Shown here: piece by piece, positions 25,801 to 33,552 of the stretch
Layout of the letters: each line of letters begins with the position of its first letter
Numbering within the stretch: the stretch's first letter is position 1
Notes under the pieces: model-generated
Seen by the model: the letters and a program-made list of their open reading frames with translations, nothing else
Databases searched by the model: none
What the model was told of the DNA's origin: nothing
From: a virus
Taxonomy: Duplodnaviria > Caudoviricetes
Virus record (IMG/VR): IMGVR_UViG_3300007643_000052
Location: 1 to 36,166 of that record
Length of the DNA stretch: 36,166 nucleotides
Reading direction: 5' to 3' (one strand)
Made by a program: the position numbers and the translations under genes

Positions 25801-28163
25801 GGCACGTCAACCAGGGCCACGCGTTCACGATTGAGGGCGAAGAGAACGCATGGCGGGACCACTCGACGACGTACTCGGACGCAGCGAAGGGGGCTCTTGC
25901 CACCGAGACACGCGGTCAGTCTTCTTGGGTTGGCTACGGCCCGCATGGAGCTGTGAACAGGAAGGCGGTCGCTGAGGATAGGATCGAAGACGTCACATTC
26001 CCTGGGCAGAAAGCCGGGCTCCTGCCGGAGCAATACTGGACGGCCCCCGGGACGGAAGCTGCCGCGGCACCTGTCACCGATCCTGATGTGTTCATCCAGG
26101 CTGTGGCCCCCGGCATCGAACGCATTCCTGGCAAGAGCCGTGTCAAAGAGGGTATCAGCCGCGTGGGTGTACCCGTGTCAGCAGTGCTGCGTAACTGGTC
26201 CCCGCGTCTCTACGGTAAGCTCAAGACCCTGCAGGCACGGTACAAGGCCGAGCGGCATGATGCGGACACCCAGGTGCAGAACATGACACGTCAGCTTAAC
26301 GCTGTGCTTGATCGTAGGCAACGCCTTGAGTTTGACTACGCCGTGTCCACGCAGGACTTCGACACCGCCCACAACATGCTACGGGAAGCTGACCCTACCA
26401 AAGCCGAAGACGTGTGGCAGCAGTTCGAGCTTGTTCAACGCATGAAGGACAACGTCTACGCTGAGGCCAAGGGCATCGGCATGAAGATCGGCTACCGCCA
26501 GCAGCACATGCCGCGGGCCATGAAGCCGGGTGCGTATGACTCGTGGTACGAAGCACGTCACGGCGTGGAGCCCGACGAGCTGCAACGTGCCCTGGCTGAG
26601 GAATCCAGACGCTTAGGACGTGACCTCACTGATACTGAGAAGGTCCATCTTGCGAACCAATGGTTGGCCGGTTGGAATCCCCGCAAGCCTGGGCAGACCA
26701 CACCACGCATCGCTGGCCTGCGATCAGTGGACGACCTCACGATCGAAGAGTTTCAAAAGTTCTACCAGCCGCTAGACCAAGCATTGTTCTCATACTTTGA
26801 CCGTATGATCTACAATGTACATAAGGCTAAGTTGTTCGGTAAGGATGTGGGTGAAGAGTCACTTGACCAGACCATCGGCCGTATCATGATCGACCAGAGC
26901 CACGGCATTGACCGGCTCAACTCGCACCAGAAACGTCGCATGCGGTCCATTATAAATAGCATCTTCACAACTGGCGAGCAGTCCCCGGCTAAGGCCCTGC
27001 GGGCTATCCGCGACCTCGGTTACATGGGTACGTTGCTTGACCCCTCGTCCGCAGCCATCCAGTTCGGCGATCTGGCCATGGTGGCCGCTCGTGACGGCGT
27101 CGGTCAAGCCCTGAAGTCCATACCAGCGTCTATGCGTGAGACGGTACTCACTGCCAAGAACCTGGGACTTCAACACATTAGTGCCGAGTACGGTGCCCCG
27201 GGTGCCCTGACGAAGGCCCTCAACCGCGGGTTCAAGGTCGTAGGGTTCACCAAGGTGGACACCGCCATGAAGACAGTGAACATGGTGTCGTCGTTCCAGA
27301 AGGCCCAACGCCTACTGAAGAATCCTGATAGCAAAGCGTACCGTGCGTGGGAGCAGCAGTGGGCCCCCGTGTTCGGTGAAGCAGAGTTCGCTGACCTTAA
27401 ACGCGACCTGTCCACTGGCCTGAAGTCAGACCTCGTGACCACATATGCCTACATGGACCTCAGCGAGACGCAGCCGATCGACATGCTGGAGATGCCACAG
27501 TATTACTTGGATCACCCCAACGGCCGGGTCATGTACCAGCTCAAGACCTTCGCCCTTCGCCAGTTCGGATTCATCCGTGGACGGGCCTACGACAAGATCG
27601 CAAAGGGCGTTCGCAACAGCGACTACAAGATGGCGGGGGCAGGCCTGCGGGAACTCGTGCAGATCCTGATGATGCTGAGCCTGTCAGGGATGACGTTCGA
27701 TATGATCCGCGATTGGATCACCGGCAAGAACGTTAACCCGCGTGACTCGTTCGTTGATGGTCTGCTGGCCACTCACCTTGGCTCAACGTACCTGCTCGAC
27801 AATGCTTCAAGTGACGGCCCCGGCTCAGCCGCAGTGGACTTCCTCACACCGCCCGCAGTCGGCATGGTGAACCGCATGACGAAGGACGCGATGCGGGGTG
27901 AGTACAAGTCTCTCAAGTATCTGCCGTTCGGTAAGATGGTCTATGGGTGGACACCTTCCGGCCAAGCAGAGGTAGCCAAGTACGGCCGCAAAGACGTGCT
28001 GTCGGCTGCCAGCTCCGCTTATGCGGACGGGGACAGGGCCGCGGCGTCAACGTACGTTAAGGCGTTCAACGACGCAATGAAATCAGAGGGCCGCGAGGAG
28101 CGGCTCACAATGTCATCGGTGCGGCAGTCTGCTGCTCGCCGCAACAAGGAGGATAAGAAATGA
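22818..28163 (+). CDS. Large polyvalent internal virion protein with ParB-like, GGDEF and HDxxGH domains
   Basis: 1781 aa; G/A-rich membrane-like N-terminal region (EGAEEAVTEIVQN); IIDGNNR; TDPLT..N.RAF...GGDEF; FRAVHDVIGH; helical C-terminus (YLDHPNGRVMYQLKTF). Confidence 0.85.
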   Translation: MPTREDALAELSRRASSGELSSKQQAAFGELQKRGVIPTAQKTSAVSPSIQKMLTDSGYEGAERLANTGITPGTASEFAVAHMQATEKRTGRRPDPKQMEAANNMFKGMAGREDRTDVDQFQEQLKSQRDSRNETAVGRASNVGLNFVQGVARPSTAVIGTVAPGYAADLREQQQQAYNPSGGFSGVVGGGLAEGANLAASLAMGPAGVVGYYGAQGTGSARTDIAERRAAGQEISGGMEFASALAQGTVEGLSGLVGGRIVQSLGRYARPLAAEASEAGSRRLIQAATREAGLVLGEGAEEAVTEIVQNAIKQKSYDPEAGLMDGVAEAFAMGLVLAPVGGALVGGATGGKKAPAPSPAVVVAEQHAEVKHAHRLSADELGRRTGTLDADTEGEVEGNQYFQRGQMGSAEGGDGDWVKVTIPLDQLTASPRSGTRVDGYAGQTADTAPPLVAGIMKEGDGSIEIIDGNNRHAAAIARGDTTAEVYVPDALARRFQPLGLPSPLDIAQRELGDAETAVDRAQQDLQTAAGPSAGAIQVDPSGRAGTDLEHDALNKQASAAIKPQYDPARLLPDNAPRFSADEDGSVSDNRVEEKRSIGLREGRQRVDDLTEAGKMREAKKEIERLKKEARTDPLTRIGNKRAFDEKITKLKATVEKTGRSRKVAFFDLGNLKVANTILGHEGANSLLVSITKKAENALKGRADIFRTGGDEFIVVPKRSMNEKQTRQLVAEVEAAVGHQDLVPGKVSAFIAGDVATLEPGGTVAEELDAADKRSEGRKSEIKQKRGETTTRAEAEVAVAEFQQGVVTHSDSVTVTSAVDSARRNPEAVLRVREANANLRAKRRAVQQLRGQGELSRLVAEYKKSTALDQGTKPHYKPISPAEGRSISRAYETMQHDPTNPDVILAYESFKKETLDQFLALQDAGFTFDLRPVLSVAELYPSVTELATDVLANKSLSVNADPGDMPSDHPMAQEVGPLAPGWTHNQVFRAVHDVIGHVNQGHAFTIEGEENAWRDHSTTYSDAAKGALATETRGQSSWVGYGPHGAVNRKAVAEDRIEDVTFPGQKAGLLPEQYWTAPGTEAAAAPVTDPDVFIQAVAPGIERIPGKSRVKEGISRVGVPVSAVLRNWSPRLYGKLKTLQARYKAERHDADTQVQNMTRQLNAVLDRRQRLEFDYAVSTQDFDTAHNMLREADPTKAEDVWQQFELVQRMKDNVYAEAKGIGMKIGYRQQHMPRAMKPGAYDSWYEARHGVEPDELQRALAEESRRLGRDLTDTEKVHLANQWLAGWNPRKPGQTTPRIAGLRSVDDLTIEEFQKFYQPLDQALFSYFDRMIYNVHKAKLFGKDVGEESLDQTIGRIMIDQSHGIDRLNSHQKRRMRSIINSIFTTGEQSPAKALRAIRDLGYMGTLLDPSSAAIQFGDLAMVAARDGVGQALKSIPASMRETVLTAKNLGLQHISAEYGAPGALTKALNRGFKVVGFTKVDTAMKTVNMVSSFQKAQRLLKNPDSKAYRAWEQQWAPVFGEAEFADLKRDLSTGLKSDLVTTYAYMDLSETQPIDMLEMPQYYLDHPNGRVMYQLKTFALRQFGFIRGRAYDKIAKGVRNSDYKMAGAGLRELVQILMMLSLSGMTFDMIRDWITGKNVNPRDSFVDGLLATHLGSTYLLDNASSDGPGSAAVDFLTPPAVGMVNRMTKDAMRGEYKSLKYLPFGKMVYGWTPSGQAEVAKYGRKDVLSAASSAYADGDRAAASTYVKAFNDAMKSEGREERLTMSSVRQSAARRNKEDKK

Positions 28164-28456
28164 CAGACGCTGCTCTAAACGAATCTCAGGTACGTGAGGT
28201 AGATCAGGTTGCTGAACTACACGTCCGCCGGTACTTCGACCACTACCTGCAGACGGTGGTTCCGAAGCAAGAGGCCGCTGCCCGCGAGCACGTTGACGCC
28301 CTGATTAAGCAGCACGACGCTGATGACAAAGCCCACGGGGGCGTGGAGGTTAAGGTCAGCCGTGTTATATGGGGTGTGACAGGTGTTGCTCTTGCGGCAG
28401 GGGCTGGAGGGGCAACCATTGCCGAGCTAGTAGGCCGAGTTGTGGGTGCTGGGTAA
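28160..28456 (+). CDS. Small protein with a C-terminal transmembrane segment
   Basis: ATGA overlap with the large gene; VIWGVTGVALAAGAGG hydrophobic end. Confidence 0.7.
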   Translation: MTDAALNESQVREVDQVAELHVRRYFDHYLQTVVPKQEAAAREHVDALIKQHDADDKAHGGVEVKVSRVIWGVTGVALAAGAGGATIAELVGRVVGAG

Positions 28457-28706
28457 CCTGGGCCCAAGAGATTTCGATTGGGCGTCGAGACACATCAGCA
28501 TGGGGCATGCGTGCCCGCCACTCGCCTTTTACAGTGAGTGAGGCCAGAGCATCTGCCAGGATCTCTTTATCCACCCGGCCCACACGCCCTTGCCAGTCCC
28601 AGAAAAGCTCCGCTTTGTTATCCTTGAGGATACTGCGGAGCTTTTCTGTGTCGTAGGCTTCGATGTCGAAGTGGTCAACCTCAGTTGTAATGACGAAGAA
28701 ATTCAA
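28365..28706 (-). CDS. Hypothetical protein
   Basis: TTG after AAGGAG; last gene of the minus block, overlapping the convergent gene by 92 nt. Confidence 0.5.
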   Translation of the reverse strand: MNFFVITTEVDHFDIEAYDTEKLRSILKDNKAELFWDWQGRVGRVDKEILADALASLTVKGEWRARMPHADVSRRPIEISWAQVTQHPQLGLLARQWLPLQPLPQEQHLSHPI

Positions 28707-28920
28707 TGATCCACTCCTTAGTTGTGTACTTGCCGGTCAACCGGGTCTCCTCCTGGCCGACCCGCAGCATCACGTTCTTACGACCGATGATCGTCCAGTT
28801 GTTCACGGTCTGCCGGGTTGGCGTTATGCCGTGGTGCTTGTGAATGTATTCAGTCGCCTCTGCTATCGAGAGGGGTTTCATCGGCTTCTTGGGTGCTGGC
28901 AGTGGTGGTGGTCCGGGCAT
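28681..28920 (-). CDS. DUF1580/excisionase-like HTH DNA-binding protein
   Basis: LSIAEA...PTRQTVNNW..IG...L...YTTKEWIIEF; AGGAG RBS. Confidence 0.7.
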   Translation of the reverse strand: MPGPPPLPAPKKPMKPLSIAEATEYIHKHHGITPTRQTVNNWTIIGRKNVMLRVGQEETRLTGKYTTKEWIIEFLRHYN

Positions 28921-29290
28921 CTTCGATCTCCTGTAGGCGGATTAGCTTATAATCATTCACGAGGCGGGGGCAACTGCCTTCTATCATCGGGCGTGGCTGC
29001 GTGCGGCTGGGGTCTCCATCCCAGTGCTCCCACGGAACATCACTTAGGGTATCATACCACACGCGTCGGAACCTGCAAGCATTTTGGTCAATAATAATAC
29101 CGACCAGCCATGCCCTATCGTACTCAGATACAATCTTAGATATGATCTGAGGAAAGCCCCCGGGGGGCGTGAACCCCCCGAGGACGGTGACTCTACCTTC
29201 ACTGATCGCCCGCTCGCACCCCCGGGACGGGGCGGACTCTGCAAGCAAAGGGAGTATGTCGGCCTTTGTATTTAGCGGCCGTACTCTCAC
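28850..29290 (-). CDS. Hypothetical protein
   Basis: GTGA overlap with the upstream stop; AGGAG RBS. Confidence 0.65.
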   Translation of the reverse strand: MRVRPLNTKADILPLLAESAPSRGCERAISEGRVTVLGGFTPPGGFPQIISKIVSEYDRAWLVGIIIDQNACRFRRVWYDTLSDVPWEHWDGDPSRTQPRPMIEGSCPRLVNDYKLIRLQEIEDARTTTTASTQEADETPLDSRGD

Positions 29291-29757
29291 TTCTTGATCT
29301 CCTGACTGCCAGCGGCATCGAACTGAGCGGCTGCTTTGGTGTGGTCATCGTCCCCCACGAAAGTGGGGGCGAGTTTAGGCTTGGGTGCCAGTGCAGTCTT
29401 AGCGGGGTCCAGAACTGCGACAGCAGAATTTGCGGGTTTCGACAGAGCCGCCCCCCCCGCCCCCGGGCTACCTTGCTTGCCAGGGACCGGCACCGGGTCC
29501 GCGGCACCTTCGCCAGAGCTGGCCTTTTCGGAGGACTCCTCCCCCACAACAAGGCCGTCAGCTACGGCACTATCGAGCACATCGTTAGCCAGCGTCTCTG
29601 ACACCGCGAGCAATTCCTTACGGAGGATCTTCTGCTGTTTGATGTACGGTTCAAGCTCGGCGGGGTCGTGCTTCCACGCGACCTTAGCCATGCGGTTGGC
29701 CAGTTCGAGGGTTGAGGAGACGGCTTGTAAGAGCAAAAAGTATTGAGCAGGGCCCAT
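29287..29757 (-). CDS. Hypothetical protein with a helical N-terminus and low-complexity C-terminus
   Basis: ATG after GAAAGG; follows the lipoprotein gene. Confidence 0.7.
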   Translation of the reverse strand: MGPAQYFLLLQAVSSTLELANRMAKVAWKHDPAELEPYIKQQKILRKELLAVSETLANDVLDSAVADGLVVGEESSEKASSGEGAADPVPVPGKQGSPGAGGAALSKPANSAVAVLDPAKTALAPKPKLAPTFVGDDDHTKAAAQFDAAGSQEIKK

Positions 29758-29777
29758 GTGAGGCCTTTCTGTAAGAG

Positions 29778-30173
29778 TTATTGAGACGAACGTTCAACGA
29801 GCAACGCAGTAACACGGAGGAGCACACCGTGCAGGTCATGTGAATCGAGGAGGAACAGGAGATCCGGGTCCGTCTGTGACAGATCCACCCCTGATTCCAC
29901 CAACGCGTCCAGTACCGTACCTCCATGCTCGAAGGCTTCGAGCCCCTGACTTGTGTTGTCGAAGGCGTCTATGATAAGGTCACCTGCCACGACGGCTGGG
30001 TGGACGTTAGCGGCGTATTCATCAGGTGGAATGACTCCGTCGATGCGAAGCTGAACGACGGTCTGCACCGCCGCGATGAACACATCCTGTGTGACAGCAA
30101 ACTGCTGACGTGGGGTCACAGTGCATGCTGTGAGCATGACTACTGCGAGTAAGGCAAGGGCTAATTTTCTCAC
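29778..30173 (-). CDS. Lipoprotein (possible spanin-like lysis accessory)
   Basis: Signal peptide MRKLALALLAVVMLTA-C with lipobox LTAC; GGAG RBS. Confidence 0.8.
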   Translation of the reverse strand: MRKLALALLAVVMLTACTVTPRQQFAVTQDVFIAAVQTVVQLRIDGVIPPDEYAANVHPAVVAGDLIIDAFDNTSQGLEAFEHGGTVLDALVESGVDLSQTDPDLLFLLDSHDLHGVLLRVTALLVERSSQ

Positions 30174-30204
30174 GGGAAATCTCCAATAGGATTAAAAAAC
30201 CGGG

Positions 30205-30423
30205 TCACGACACGTCGTCGTCGCCCTTATCTTTTGAGGCGTCCGACACAACACCGGCGACCCACTCCACGACTTTGTACACCTTCTTTACGATGTTGTC
30301 GTCGGCCGGTGTGGGCGTGAGGTTAACCACGAATAACGCGAGTGCGTGGGCAGCCACGAGACCCGCGAGGATGGTGAACCCGACCGGGTACTTACTGAAC
30401 AACTCTTGAACTATACCTTCCAT
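30205..30423 (-). CDS. Holin-like membrane protein
   Basis: TM helix followed by VNLTPTPADD..VKKVYKVVEWVAG, a motif of small phage holin-like proteins; AGGAG RBS. Confidence 0.7.
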   Translation of the reverse strand: MEGIVQELFSKYPVGFTILAGLVAAHALALFVVNLTPTPADDNIVKKVYKVVEWVAGVVSDASKDKGDDDVS

Positions 30424-30484
30424 TTCGAAACTCCTGTCTATCTACACCGGCTGCAATAAGGGGCAGCCTTTCCCTATCTTAGTC

Positions 30485-30619
30485 TTACAGTCCCTTCTTA
30501 CATCGGTGACACCAGCGGTCGTGTCCGCGTTGGCTGATGGGCCCCCCGAGCCGTTCCTGGTACACCCACATTCCCGTGAGCCATTGGTGACCAAATAAGT
30601 AACAGTACAACTTTTTCAT
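30485..30619 (-). CDS. DUF1660-like small Zn-binding phage protein
   Basis: MKKLYCYLFGHQW...CHRC; GGAGGT RBS; ATGA overlap. Confidence 0.7.
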   Translation of the reverse strand: MKKLYCYLFGHQWLTGMWVYQERLGGPISQRGHDRWCHRCKKGL

Positions 30620-32289
30620 CCTCGGTACCTCCCATTTTTGATGAACACGAACGCACGTTTGCCGTTGGGGTAGACGATGCCATGAGCATGCATCCACTTC
30701 GACGGCCCGATGTTGTAGCCCATGTTGAGGTCGCCAAGCACACCCACTGTATACGCCCCGTCGTAGATGGACGGGCTGTGTGTGTGTGCAGTGAAGCTGC
30801 GGAAGCCCAGCCGACGAAACTGCTTCGGCATACCTCGCGTACCACTTGGCCCCACATGACCATGCATGCCACACTCGATCCCCTTGATCTCATGGCTCTC
30901 ATCGAGCTTGAGGAACTTCACATCAGGCAAACGCATTCGACGCCCGCCCCGCGTCTTGCACTGATGCTGAACACCACGCCGGTTAAGGTGGTACTCCAGG
31001 GCGTTAAACCCAGTGCCCTTCTTGGCCGCACGCACCATCGCCCCCGCAGTGTCGAGCAGCAGTTCCGCGTTAGTGGGGTCGTTACGCCAATCGGATTCGA
31101 CGACCCATTTATCAAACGCCTGATCGTGGTTCGCCCTGGTGACCACGATGTCAGTACGTATCGGGCACACCCTCTGCAGCGTGTTAATAAAATACGCTGC
31201 CCGATCTAGCTCCTGGCTAATTGTGATCTGCTCCTTATGCATCTTCAGCTTAAAGATTGGGTTGTCACGGTTGTGGTGGTTACGACTCCTGAAGTCAATC
31301 AGGTCGTGGACGACGACGTGCTTGGGCTGCACCTCTGTCAGCATCTCTGTGGTGACGCCGAACGCCGTGTCGAGCCCACCCACGGCCATCTTCTCTACGT
31401 GGATATCACCGAGCACCACAGCACTGATGCCCTCTTTGTTACGCGTGACCTTTCCGCCTTCCACTCGCTTATCCAACCAGTAGAAAGATCCGTCTTCTTC
31501 GGCGTTCAAGTGGTGGACGTGCCAGAACCCGTCCTCTGTGACCTCAACGAGCAGGGCACCCAGGACGTGGTGGAACTGGGCCAGTTGTCCAGCCTTACGC
31601 TGAATGAACTTTCGTGGTGTCACGCTGCCAGTGGTAAACATCTCTTTGGGCATCTGTCCTGCACGGGACTCGACACACCGAAACGCAAACTTGTTGTGCG
31701 GCACGATGATAGAGGCCCGGCCGTGATATGCGTCCAGGCTGCTTAGCGGGTCTGCGGCGGTGGCCAGGATGTCCAGCTCACCGCAGAACGCCAGCCGGTC
31801 GTGGAGGTGAGTGCGATCATTCGCTTGATACGGTCGTACCCGCTCGTCCCACCACACATCTTGACGCTTGACACGGGTATCGCCCTTCTTCACCAGCCCA
31901 CGATAGCCCGTGCGGTCGTACACGCTGTAGCTGATGAGCAGGTGGGCATCCTGATCCTTAGCCAGGGCTTCGAGGTTATCCATGAACTGCGGGTGAGCCA
32001 TGACGTTGTTCTGTGCAGACGTCAGGATGTACCGTTGTGTGCCGGTGCCCCCGCCGTACGTGTATTCGCGGGTTGACTCACCAACGTGGGTGTCGGGAAG
32101 CTCGTCCGCATCGGGCACGAACGTGCCCTCGGGGAGGGGTTCGCTTTCCTGACTTGGCAACATCCCGTGCTTCTTGAGCCTGTTCCAGTACGTGGCCCTG
32201 CGAAGCCCGAGACTCGCGGCAGCTTGTGCAACGTTTCCGTCATGCTCCTCAAGAGCCCGTTTCATATCTAGTGGTTCGTACTTGGCCAT
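30616..32289 (-). CDS. T5 A1-like metallophosphoesterase/nuclease with an N-terminal Fis-type HTH
   Basis: GNVAQAAASLGL.R.T HTH; ILTSAQNN, CGELDIL.TA.DPLS, TTGSVT, KAGQ.A.FHH.LGALLVEV; GDIH, HD..D, NHD, HGH and HTHSP metal motifs. Confidence 0.85.
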   Translation of the reverse strand: MAKYEPLDMKRALEEHDGNVAQAAASLGLRRATYWNRLKKHGMLPSQESEPLPEGTFVPDADELPDTHVGESTREYTYGGGTGTQRYILTSAQNNVMAHPQFMDNLEALAKDQDAHLLISYSVYDRTGYRGLVKKGDTRVKRQDVWWDERVRPYQANDRTHLHDRLAFCGELDILATAADPLSSLDAYHGRASIIVPHNKFAFRCVESRAGQMPKEMFTTGSVTPRKFIQRKAGQLAQFHHVLGALLVEVTEDGFWHVHHLNAEEDGSFYWLDKRVEGGKVTRNKEGISAVVLGDIHVEKMAVGGLDTAFGVTTEMLTEVQPKHVVVHDLIDFRSRNHHNRDNPIFKLKMHKEQITISQELDRAAYFINTLQRVCPIRTDIVVTRANHDQAFDKWVVESDWRNDPTNAELLLDTAGAMVRAAKKGTGFNALEYHLNRRGVQHQCKTRGGRRMRLPDVKFLKLDESHEIKGIECGMHGHVGPSGTRGMPKQFRRLGFRSFTAHTHSPSIYDGAYTVGVLGDLNMGYNIGPSKWMHAHGIVYPNGKRAFVFIKNGRYRG

Positions 32290-33161
32290 AGTGCATTCTC
32301 TCCTATAGTGGTTAGGTTACCGTCAGCCCCCAAGAGGCACACGTCGAGCTTGAGCCACTTGGCTAATCGCACCTCGGCGGAGGCCCCCGCACTCCTTGAC
32401 CACCCGGGTAGCACAACGACGCAGTCAGTCCCGGGGTCCAGGCTCATGAGAGCCATGACGTCACGGTACACGAACTCGGCCTGACACGCAGGGGTGTCTG
32501 CTTCCTCGGGAGTTACCGTCCCGCTGGCTCGGTCGATGTCCGCCGGGCTGATGACGTTGAAGCCCTGCCTGCACAGCGTGTCTCTTGCCTTATCGAACGC
32601 AGGGAAGTTGAAGTGTTCCACGCCCCGCATCGGCCCTGATATGTACATCGTGGGGCATTCCGCATTACGTTTCCCGCGGTGAGGCACGCTCGTGCCTGCA
32701 AGTATTAGGTCGATGACCTCGCGTCGGCAACCCAGCTCCTCCAGCGTTACGCGGCGTAGCTTCTCCTGCTCCCCCCTCAGCCGCAGCCACGGGGGGGCGT
32801 GGCTGCCCGGGCGGGGGTCAACGAATGGTGCCACAGATCTGGTAGGTCCACCGACAGTTGTCTTATTACACCCGGCCTTCTCACACTCGGTCTGCAACAA
32901 CGCCAGGGCACGCCATGCGACCTTAGCGGAGTGCTTCATCCCATCGTCGTCAAGTGTGCCACGATCGGCGAGGTGGCGTATGATACAGTCCGCGTGGTCC
33001 GTGGATTTCTCCCGGGCCCAGTGCATCTCCTCACCAGGGTTGTGCTGCTCATTGCTTACGTGGCTTACATGAGCCACAGCCGCGAGGGCATCGGGGAAGT
33101 AGTCGAGCAGGCCCCGGGCCATCGGTGTGTTCTTACGTGTTTCTTTGTCTGTAGGTAACAT
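32268..33161 (-). CDS. dATP/dGTP diphosphohydrolase (DUF5664) fused to DUF4406
   Basis: YFPDALAAVAHVS...QHNPGE.MHW.R.KS.DHADCI.RHL...H.AKVAWRALA; then YISGPMRG..HFNFPAF...ISPA...LPGWSRS.GA.AE. Confidence 0.85.
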   Translation of the reverse strand: MLPTDKETRKNTPMARGLLDYFPDALAAVAHVSHVSNEQHNPGEEMHWAREKSTDHADCIIRHLADRGTLDDDGMKHSAKVAWRALALLQTECEKAGCNKTTVGGPTRSVAPFVDPRPGSHAPPWLRLRGEQEKLRRVTLEELGCRREVIDLILAGTSVPHRGKRNAECPTMYISGPMRGVEHFNFPAFDKARDTLCRQGFNVISPADIDRASGTVTPEEADTPACQAEFVYRDVMALMSLDPGTDCVVVLPGWSRSAGASAEVRLAKWLKLDVCLLGADGNLTTIGENALWPSTNH

Positions 33162-33163
33162 GC

Positions 33164-33544
33164 TCAGCCTTCCTGTTCTTTGCGGGCGATGTCTTCGAGC
33201 CATGCCAGGGCAACCGCTGCCACTTGCGTTAGTTCAAGTTTGAGGGCCTCCGCATTCCCCTGTGCTGCGGCTTCCACCACCTCGGAATGCTCCTCGTTGA
33301 GGATGTGGGACCAGCTCAGGTTCCCCGAGTCTGCGGCACCCTCACACAACTCCCTAGCAGCCTTCGCAGTCGGCACCCCCATAATCCCCGCGGTCTCCTC
33401 CGGGGTATACTGTCGTTTGGTACAACACGGGCAAATGTCGGGGTGGCTCTGCACCCCCCACTTCTGGTCTTGGCGGATGCGTTCGTTGATGACGTCACGT
33501 AGTGCTGTTTGCTGGTGCAGTGTTGTTGGGTGTACGGCGGTCAT
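33164..33544 (-). CDS. MazG-like NTP pyrophosphohydrolase
   Basis: ERIRQDQKWG.Q.H, W.HILNEE..EV.EA and ELTQVAAVALAW.E; AGGAG RBS. Confidence 0.8.
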   Translation of the reverse strand: MTAVHPTTLHQQTALRDVINERIRQDQKWGVQSHPDICPCCTKRQYTPEETAGIMGVPTAKAARELCEGAADSGNLSWSHILNEEHSEVVEAAAQGNAEALKLELTQVAAVALAWLEDIARKEQEG

Positions 33545-33552
33545 GGGGTCTC

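Noticed and set aside
32268-33544. Definite 2-aminoadenine (Z) genome pathway
   Set aside because: No PurZ is visible in the window, and the hydrolases alone are insufficient evidence.
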